A stretch of 64,000 nt of DNA from Eledone cirrhosa (Eukaryota), in contig OZ024747.1 in NCBI GenBank assembly GCA_964016885.1, positions 25,854,001 to 25,918,000 of the forward strand, in the 5' to 3' direction. The notes under the pieces were generated by a model. It did no database searches. It had not been told where the DNA came from and saw nothing but the letters and a program-made list of their open reading frames with translations. Of the stretch, positions 56,223-64,000 are shown in pieces. Within the stretch, counting starts at the first letter, position 1. Every line of letters begins with the position of its first letter. The position numbers and the translations under genes are program-made.

Positions 56223-59200
56223 ATGGATGTGTTAAGAGTAGGATGTTTGAATGCACGTGGCCTGGGCTCAACTTGGAAGCAAGCAAAGCTTCTAAATGAC
56301 CTCAGGTCATGTAGTATAAATGTAATGGTTATCTGTGAGACTCGAATCAGCGTCATGCGGCAGCTGGCCCCCACCTTCGATGACTTTGAGGTGCATGCAT
56401 CTCTCTGTCAACCTGGAGGTGGGGGTGGGGTTGTCGTGCTGCTGCAAAAACACCTGGGTCTTGCCGTACAGGTTGTGCACTCGGACCCGGAGGGTCGTTT
56501 GTTGGTGCTAGACGTTGGCAGTAGTGAAAGTGCGGCCTTGAGACTGGTCGCCGTCTACTCCCCTTTCGGAGCTGAACGGCCCGACTTCTTCCAGCGTTTG
56601 GAGACTTTTCTGGGAACGTCGCGTTCCCTGCTTCTAGCGGGGGATTGGAATGACATCCTAGATGCACGTTGGGACTATGCAGGAGCATGTCCTAATAGAG
56701 GGGGGTGTAACAGCCTCAAGGGGTTACTCGACCGTTTTAACTTGGTCGATAGATATCGACTAGATTTTCCAACTGTGCCTACCTGGACTTGGAGAAACCA
56801 CAGTGGTCAATCTAGATCGTACTTAGATAGATTCTTAGTTAGAAGTAAGGATAGGGACATATTAAGCTGTCCAGAAATGCGCACGGTTGGCTACACGGAT
56901 CACAAATTAGTGACCTGCGTGGTCAATCTCGAGAAAACACATAGACAGGGTCCCGGTTACTGGAAACTTAATTTGTCTTTACCGGCAAAAGAGACTTACA
57001 GAAACCGGATTAGCAGATTAGTTAAGGAGAGGTTGACGGGTGCAATCGTCAACAACCGATGGTGGGCATCTCTCAAAAGAGAGATTAGAACAGAATCAAT
57101 AAGTTATAGCAAGATGTTAGCTGCCAATAGGAATAGAAACGAGAAAGAATTAACAGGTAAATTAGAAGAGGCAATCAAGAGCGAAGATGTGGCCAGAGTG
57201 CTGGCATCGAGGACGGCCTTGAACCAGTTTTTCGATGCAAAGCATGAAGGCTGCGTCATTCGAAGTAAAATACGTGCTCTAGGTAATGAGGGGGCCAAAG
57301 CCGTTGGATGGGCCCGCGTGACAGAAGCTAAAAGTGGAAATCGATCCACCATCCGGTCGTTGCAAGACGAAGATGGACGAGTGATCCGGGAGCCTAAGCA
57401 GATGTGCGAGGCCTTTCAAAAGCACTTTGCCCGATTGTTCGGGGGAGGCGAGGGTCCGGGCCGGGGCGTGGATTTCGGTCCATACCTCGACGGCCTGCCG
57501 CGTCTCTCGAACAAAGAGGCAGAGTCCTGCGAGGGACCAATCTCGGCTGATGAGATCGGAGATGCGCTGAGCCAATGCAGCAGACGCAAATCTCCAGGTC
57601 TCGATGGTATACCTTACGAACTTTATTTAGCAATGCCGGTCTTCTTCTCCGAACTCCTCGAAGCGGTCTACTGCAATTGGCAGCAGAACGGGAGAATTCC
57701 TTGTTCTGTAGCCAAGGGCGTAGTCACGCTGGTGAGGAAGGACGAGAACAAGGGGGATAGTATAAATAATTTTCGGCCCATAACCCTGCTAAACACAGAG
57801 TTAAAGATTTTGGCCAAGGTGTTAGCAAAGAGGTTGGCGCTTGTCGTGGGTGGCCTGGTGGGAGATGCGCAGACATGTGCTATCCCATCCAGGTCCATTC
57901 ACGATAACCTCCACCTCATGCGATACATCATAGAGAGGGTTGGCAACAAACCCGGCTTCGGTGGGGCCCTGATCAACTTGGATCAGTCTAAGGCCTTCGA
58001 TAGGGTCGACCATGGTTACCTGGATGCGGTGCTAGCGGCGGCTGGGTTCGGTCCTGTTTTCAGAGGCTGGATCACTGCCCTACATAGCAACCACATCTGT
58101 TCTAGGATCAAGGTGAACGGCTACCTTTCGAAGCCGTTCGAAATCACACGATCCATTCGACAGGGGTGCCCTCTCTCCTCCCTTCTGTACGTATTGACTC
58201 TCGAGCCTTTACTGAGGAAGTTGGAGTTGTTGCAGGGTATCCCCCTGGAACCAGGATTGAGCAAAGCGGTGTCGGCCTACGCCGATGACGTAACAGTAAT
58301 GGTATCAACCGACTCGGAGATCGAGGCGATCGGTACCTTACTGGAGGAGTACGAAAGGTTGTCAGGAGCGAAACTGAACCGGGAAAAATCCATCGGGCTG
58401 CAACTCGGAACGTGGAGAGGCAAACCGATGCCTCCTGACGGTGTCGTCGGACACTGGACGGAGGGCCCGGTAAAGTTGCTTGGGGTCTGGTTTGGACCGG
58501 ACCTCCAGGTGGAAAAGAACTGGAACGAGGTTACGAACAAGGTGTTTGCACTAACCCAGAAATGGGCCAAGTGTAAGCTGTCCCTAAAAGGCCGGGCGGA
58601 GGTGGCGAACATTTACATAGCGTCCGTCACTTACTACCGCCTGACTGTCGTGCCTTGCCCTAAGGAAACACTCACCACCATGGAACGCATGCTCTTCCAA
58701 TTTCTTTGGAAGAAGCGTCCTCCTATGGTGAGAAGATCCATCTGCTGCCAACAACCTTCGAAAGGAGGGCTGGGGATGCCGTGGTTGATGATGCGTAGGC
58801 ACGCATTAAGGCTACGGCACCTACAGGTATTCCTCACTGGTCAACCGGTGTGGGCTCCGTTCGTGAAACGAGCCTTTCCGAGACTCGTCTCACTCACCGA
58901 GCTACAGTCCTGGGTCAAGCAAAGATCCGGAAAACTGGGAGACTGGCACACTGAGTGTGCTCAGGCGCTCAGGGCTCTCTGGCAAGCGGGCCGGGCCATC
59001 GGTGGAGAATCCACCTCATCATTCTATAGAGGGCTGGTGGCTAGCAGGGGCGATGACACCCTTGGAGAGTCGCTGGACATGGAAGAAGACGAACTGGCCA
59101 GCCTGTTCGGTAGGACTTTCGGCCCAGGACCAATGGACAACTTCCAGAAGTCACTGGCCTGGCAGTGCTACCGAGGGGCTCTACCCGTTCGAGAGAGGCT

Positions 59201-59660
59201 CTACAGACACGGGCGCCCGGGCAGGGATCCCTCAAAAAAGATTTGCCCTAGATGCGTGCGTCACGAAGAAACCGTGGCGCACGCATTGGTGCAATGTCCG
59301 GGCGTGGCTGATCTGTGGGGCTACGCCGAACAACTGCTGTCGCGGGTGGCGCCGATTAAATTGACCGCCGAGTCCGTGATGACAATCAAACCGCCTCCCC
59401 TCTTCACAAAGGAAGCAAAGGCGGTTTTTCTGTGCGTAATAGCCATGTTGAAAGAGGTTGTTTGGTGGACACGATTGAAAGGTCTGAGGTCAGGCAACTT
59501 CCTCTCTGGCCATAGTCTGGTCTACTTCTTCCGATATCACTTCGGAAGAAGGATAAGAATGGAGAGAGAGGTGCTTGGCCACAGGCAGTTTTATGAAAGG
59601 TGGGTGATAGTGGCGAGAATGGCTCGTGTAAATGGGCCTTCTCTGTATACCATCCTGTAG
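56223..59660 (+). CDS. Tx1 ORF2 protein (APE endonuclease - reverse transcriptase - CCHC)
   Basis: Uninterrupted 1145-aa ORF; LNARGL, ICETR, GDWND, YLDRFL, TDH; KSPGLDG, FRPITLLN, LDQSKAFDRV, RQGCPLS, YADD, GGLG, CPRC..HALVQC. Confidence 0.95.
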   Translation: MDVLRVGCLNARGLGSTWKQAKLLNDLRSCSINVMVICETRISVMRQLAPTFDDFEVHASLCQPGGGGGVVVLLQKHLGLAVQVVHSDPEGRLLVLDVGSSESAALRLVAVYSPFGAERPDFFQRLETFLGTSRSLLLAGDWNDILDARWDYAGACPNRGGCNSLKGLLDRFNLVDRYRLDFPTVPTWTWRNHSGQSRSYLDRFLVRSKDRDILSCPEMRTVGYTDHKLVTCVVNLEKTHRQGPGYWKLNLSLPAKETYRNRISRLVKERLTGAIVNNRWWASLKREIRTESISYSKMLAANRNRNEKELTGKLEEAIKSEDVARVLASRTALNQFFDAKHEGCVIRSKIRALGNEGAKAVGWARVTEAKSGNRSTIRSLQDEDGRVIREPKQMCEAFQKHFARLFGGGEGPGRGVDFGPYLDGLPRLSNKEAESCEGPISADEIGDALSQCSRRKSPGLDGIPYELYLAMPVFFSELLEAVYCNWQQNGRIPCSVAKGVVTLVRKDENKGDSINNFRPITLLNTELKILAKVLAKRLALVVGGLVGDAQTCAIPSRSIHDNLHLMRYIIERVGNKPGFGGALINLDQSKAFDRVDHGYLDAVLAAAGFGPVFRGWITALHSNHICSRIKVNGYLSKPFEITRSIRQGCPLSSLLYVLTLEPLLRKLELLQGIPLEPGLSKAVSAYADDVTVMVSTDSEIEAIGTLLEEYERLSGAKLNREKSIGLQLGTWRGKPMPPDGVVGHWTEGPVKLLGVWFGPDLQVEKNWNEVTNKVFALTQKWAKCKLSLKGRAEVANIYIASVTYYRLTVVPCPKETLTTMERMLFQFLWKKRPPMVRRSICCQQPSKGGLGMPWLMMRRHALRLRHLQVFLTGQPVWAPFVKRAFPRLVSLTELQSWVKQRSGKLGDWHTECAQALRALWQAGRAIGGESTSSFYRGLVASRGDDTLGESLDMEEDELASLFGRTFGPGPMDNFQKSLAWQCYRGALPVRERLYRHGRPGRDPSKKICPRCVRHEETVAHALVQCPGVADLWGYAEQLLSRVAPIKLTAESVMTIKPPPLFTKEAKAVFLCVIAMLKEVVWWTRLKGLRSGNFLSGHSLVYFFRYHFGRRIRMEREVLGHRQFYERWVIVARMARVNGPSLYTIL

Positions 59661-60029
59661 GTAAAGAAGTAAAGGAGAGGGGAACACCTTCTCCATGTGC
59701 TCCCCGGGCAAAGGATTGCACACTTTTTCGGGGGTGTGTGCAACCCCCATCACGTCCCCTCCCTTTTGAGGTTATTTTCGATTATTTTCATGTTACACCC
59801 TTTTTACTCGATTATATGTAAACTCCCCCTTTGTATTTGTCCCTTCTTTTTATGCCTTTATGGTAAATAAAGAAATCTATCTATCTATCAAGAAATCTAT
59901 CTATCTGTATTACTCTTTTACTCCGACTGAGGCCATGCTGGGGCACCGCCCTTATATATATTTGTTTTTCCAGAAGATTCTGTAATAGGGTGAAAGTAGA
60001 AATATTTTGCTTAAACTTTAATCGGCACT

Positions 60030-60205
60030 AATAATTGTTTCTACTTTTGGCACAAGGCCAGCAATTATCCCAGTGTATTACTGGTACTTCATTTTATCGA
60101 CCCCGTAATGATGAAAGGCAAAGTTAACCTCGGCGGATTTGAATTCAGACCATAAAGAGCCGTAACTTTTTGCTGCAAAGCATGGCGTCAGACCCTCTTT
60201 TCTCT
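60030..60205 (-). mobile_element. tRNA-derived SINE
   Basis: Reverse complement of SINE core: TTTATCGACCCCGTAATGATGAAAGGCAAAGTTAACCTCGGCGG. Confidence 0.8.
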
Positions 60206-60224
60206 ACGGGTTTATGTATATCTA

Positions 60225-60385
60225 TACCATCAGTCACGGCATGTCCAGCTATCCGTATAGAGGGTGTTGGCAGCAGATGCATCACCCTACCCATGGGACC
60301 TATTTCTTCCACAAAACGTTGAAGAGCAGGCTCTCCAATTTGGTGATGTGCAGACCGGGGCAAAGTCAGACGATCTTTCAGTGAA
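60225..60385 (-). pseudogene. Decayed Tx1-related ORF2 fragment
   Basis: Translates to KLESLLFNVLWKK..ICCQHPLYG.LDMP, homologous to MERMLFQFLWKK..ICCQQPSKGGLGMP. Confidence 0.7.
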
Positions 60386-60389
60386 TATA

Positions 60390-60479
60390 TATATAAGGAA
60401 GGAAGTGTGATAAGGAACCAGATGGACCATAACGCACCAGAGTACTCAATACTTAGGGTAATAGAGTGAGTAATAGGAA
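60390..60479 (-). mobile_element. Tail fragment of the HHR element at 4894-6312
   Basis: Reverse complement of ~6228-6315 (TACCCTAAG..GAGTACT..GGTGCGTTATGGTCCA.CTGGTTCCTTA). Confidence 0.7.
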
Positions 60480-60788
60480 AATGTTTAACCCCATTTTCCT
60501 ATATATATATATACAATTCTTATCGAGCCCTCTTCGGATTTTGGTCTTTGTAATTATTATTACTATATATATATATATTAAAAAATCTTTACCTGGGTCC
60601 TGTATTTTCGTTGCTCTAGTGATGCGGTCGGACTGCCGACTGCTATATCTAATTTGCTAAGCTGTCTGAACATAATGTTATACTCTGGGGTCTTACCTCA
60701 TATGAGTGCTAAAGCTACAAACCGAATAAGCATACACGCTAGCTTGGCCGTATACTAGAGCTTCGTCTAAGCTGTACTAAAATTTATA

Positions 60789-60861
<73 letters not shown>

Positions 60862-61661
60862 TATATATATATATATATATACGTGTGTGTGTGTGTATGC
60901 GTAGTGTATTTTATTTATTACTGATGATACCAAGCATGTAGTACACGTGTTTCAACATTTGGATAATTAAAAAAATTAATCTAATGTAGCTAATTTAGTT
61001 AATTAAATAACCGACGATACGAATGTTTAAAAGTCACCTAATTGTAAACATTGCTATTATACACATTACAACTCTTTTCACAGATCAAGTTCTCTCCAAA
61101 CCTTTGGATATTGTAATCACTACACATATACAAATGGGTTGATTAACCTAATTTGCATAAAGAGCTGAACATTCCGGCTCAGCTTGAAAGTAGAATTAAG
61201 TTTTCGCTCCGACATAGCTGTATACATATATGTATGGCAATTTCGTATATCTAATGATATATGGTATGTTTACGAATAAACATTTAGAAAGCCTTCTAGC
61301 GGATTCCAGCAAAATTAGCAGGTGACAACTGCCAATGCATTTTTGGCCCTGGCCGTTATCAGGACAGTGCTTCCACTGCTGTCTGCTGGAATTTGAATGA
61401 GGCGAAAATTTATAGATATTCGCCTATGTAGATGTGCTGATTAGCCTCATTTGTATATTGACCTGTACATCTGTTTGACCCGAATTAGGCGGTCGAATTT
61501 TCGCTGTGCGCATGATTAGTTTAACCACCATCTCAGTGTGTTTGGCCTTTAATGTAAGTTGTCAGCTCTAATTCATATAAATTATCGAGCGCTTGCCACA
61601 CAACTCGGAAGTGATTTTCGTTAATTCCTGAGCTGAAATTCGATTCTCGCTAATTTTGACT

Positions 61662-61702
<41 letters not shown>

Positions 61703-61829
61703 TCATATATATAAATAATATATATTCATATATATACATGGATATTACTTATAACATAAATTGATTAAAAGCCATTAGCTATTCCTCTTTATTTGTTGGA
61801 ACGGTACATTGATGCTTACCTGGATAAGC

Positions 61830-62162
61830 TATAAATATATTATATATATATATATTATATATTTATATATATTATATATATATATATATGTATGTATGTA
61901 TATATATATATATGTATGTATATATTTGTATGTATGTATATATATGTATATATGTATATATATGTATGTATGTATACATATATGTATGTATGTATATATA
62001 TGTATGTATGTATGTATGTATACATATATATATGTATGTATATATATGTATAATATATATGTATTATATATATATGTATGAATGTATATATATATGTATA
62101 ATATATATGTATTATATATATATATGTATGCATGTATATATATATGTATGCATGTATATATA

Positions 62163-62226
<64 letters not shown>

Positions 62227-62260
62227 TGTGTGTTCGTGTGTTTATACCAACACGCGCACA
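61830..62260. repeat. (TA)n/(TATG)n/(TG)n microsatellite
   Basis: Seen directly. Confidence 0.95.
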
Positions 62261-62699
62261 CATATATTTATATATTTAATTGTATATGTTTGTGTCTGCG
62301 TGTGGATATGAGTGTATATGCATGTGTATATTATTTTATTTACACGCCAATTGCATAAAAATACATACAGAGACACAGCTGTAAGCGCAGTTGTTATCTA
62401 ACTGAATGGAACATTTGGCAGCTATTTGAATAAAAATCATGTGTTGTCTTCCTCTCGCTCGCAGCGGTGGTATGTGATTCAATATAGATAAAACGTAAGA
62501 AAACAAAGCATGGTATATACATAGCAAAACATAAAAAAGAAACATAACAAAACAAACCATATGCCTAAAAAAAACAACTAAAAACAAACAAAAATATATA
62601 AATCAGGTAAAACAAAAACAAATGTGTCAAACAATATTTTGAATAAAGAATAAAAAAGACAAAATAAAACAGACAACAAATGAATATGAAAACAACTTC

Positions 62700-63035
62700 T
62701 TCTTTCATCCCGAGAATACCATGGGGGAAGAGTCCCCAAACAAGCCTTCCAGCGGGTCCAACTGATCCGGCTAGATTCCCAAGCGAGACCAGCCAAGATA
62801 TTGCGGAAAGAGCTGTCTCACAAACGGCGACCACACCTGTTCACTTGGAGATGCCGTAACCTTAGCGCATGTTTGTGCACCATCAGCCACGGAATGTCCA
62901 GCTATCCGCATAGAGGGTGTTGGCAGAAGATGGATCACCCTACCCGTGGAACCTATCCTTTCCACAAAACATTGAAGAGCAGGCTCTCCAATTTGATGAG
63001 GTCCTGACCGGGGCAGGGCAAGACGAACTTTCAGT
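62700..63035 (-). pseudogene. Second decayed Tx1-related ORF2 fragment
   Basis: CQHPL..LDIPWLMVHKHALRLRHL..VWSPFVRQLFPQ; closely similar to 60225-60385. Confidence 0.72.
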
Positions 63036-63079
63036 GATAGAAACATTAAACATGGGATACAAGAGAAATATATAGAAAC

Positions 63080-63320
63080 AGTGCTCTATAAAAAATTACA
63101 CAAACAACTTCATAGTATGACAGTTGAAGTTGCAGAGCAACGAAGATGGGTTTGGTTAAATAAAGGAACACTGAAAAACGAAACTAAGAGTACGACCCTT
63201 GAGCTCAGTCTCAAGCTCTGGTCACTAACTGTTGGGTTCACTAAAGAAACGAATAAGTATCTCCGTTGTGCAGAGTGTGTAATGAGTGCAACGAAACAAT
63301 ATATATATTGTTTGTGAATG
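63080..63320 (+). pseudogene. Decayed R4-like LINE fragment (pre-CCHC region)
   Basis: KKLHKQ..WVWLNKGTLKNET..AQSQALVTN..SPLCRVCNECNETI. Confidence 0.6.
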
Positions 63321-63364
63321 TTTTAAATATACACACAATCAATATAAGCCATGGGGACAGACCT

Positions 63365-63640
63365 ATCAACGACAACACCAACAGCAGCAACTACAACGGC
63401 AGCAACAACAACAGTAACAACTACAACTACAACAGCAGCAGCAACAGCAGCAATAACAACCGCAAGAATAACAACATCAATAAAAACAACAACAACAGTA
63501 ACAACTACAACTACAACAGCAGCAGCAAGAACAGCAGCAACAGCAGCAACAACAGCAATAACAACCGCAAGAATAACAACAACATCAATAAAAACAACAA
63601 CAACAGTAACAACAACAACGTAAACAAAAACAACAGCGAT
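63365..63640. repeat. (AAC/AGC)n trinucleotide repeat with higher-order duplication
   Basis: Seen directly; a block of ~100 bp occurs twice. Confidence 0.92.
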
Positions 63641-64000
63641 TCCAGATACCAATAATGAAAACATTTAAAGCAGTCTTTGAGGTCGTCCTTGAGTGGCCGT
63701 GCCGCCTCATCCGGCCATTTTCACTTCTTTTATCAGTTTCTACAACTACAAGATAAAAGCAAAAGCAATGTTATAAAACCAGTTAACAAAGGATGACAGA
63801 CGTAGTATAACCGTTCCAATTTGTAACCGGAAGTTGGTTGTAGAGTAAACCGGAAACTGGAATATACCCTCTGAAAGTTTAAAGAAGCAAGTGGAAGAGA
63901 GAAACAAAAAAGCATTTGAATGCAATTAGCGAAGATATCGAATGTATTGTGTGCATGTGTCTGTATGTTTATGTGTGTGTGTGTATGTCTGTGTGTGTAT

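Larger units (their letters stand above)
54075..59875 (+). mobile_element. Tx1-clade LINE, subfamily A copy 2 (full length, both ORFs intact)
   Basis: 5' UTR ~234 bp, ORF1 626 aa, 33-bp spacer, ORF2 1145 aa, 3' UTR ending AATAAAGAAA; (TATC)n on both sides. Confidence 0.95.

Noticed and set aside
42455-59821. Recurrent antisense and alternative-frame ORFs within Tx1 copies
   Set aside because: They recur only because the copies are near-identical; no recognisable domains
41594-59875. A1 and A2 as a segmental duplication or assembly duplicate
   Set aside because: Flanks differ, similarity stops at the element ends, and each copy has private indels, consistent with independent insertions
63266-63664. 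Asn-rich or mucin-like Thr/Ala ORFs
   Set aside because: Translations of the AAC/AGC trinucleotide repeat

Overview
Repeat-dominated, AT-rich eukaryotic DNA. The microsatellite load and the SINE family resemble an octopus/cephalopod genome (inference). No host protein-coding gene can be supported, and most short ORFs are microsatellite or antisense artefacts. Main contents: (1) a 19-kb head-to-tail cluster (40.7-59.9 kb) of Tx1-clade non-LTR retrotransposons from three subfamilies, each bounded by (TATC)n, including one copy with intact ORF1 and ORF2 (54075-59875); (2) several Penelope-like elements (PLEs): a Naiad-type element with 1.8-kb inverted arms, a Neptune-like element, and two short non-coding elements with inverted termini. 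The Naiad-type and non-coding elements carry at least four distinct type I hammerhead ribozyme (HHR) families, two with a U3-A8 core swap and two with long stem II; (3) an RTE-BovB LINE ending in three C2H2-like fingers; (4) R4/Dong-like LINE remnants, one bracketed by (TATG)n, plus a CRE-like 3' end; (5) tRNA-derived SINEs, a hAT MITE with a perfect 8-bp TSD, a mariner-like hairpin MITE, and minisatellites. All calls come from motif reading by eye; no alignments or folding programs were run.
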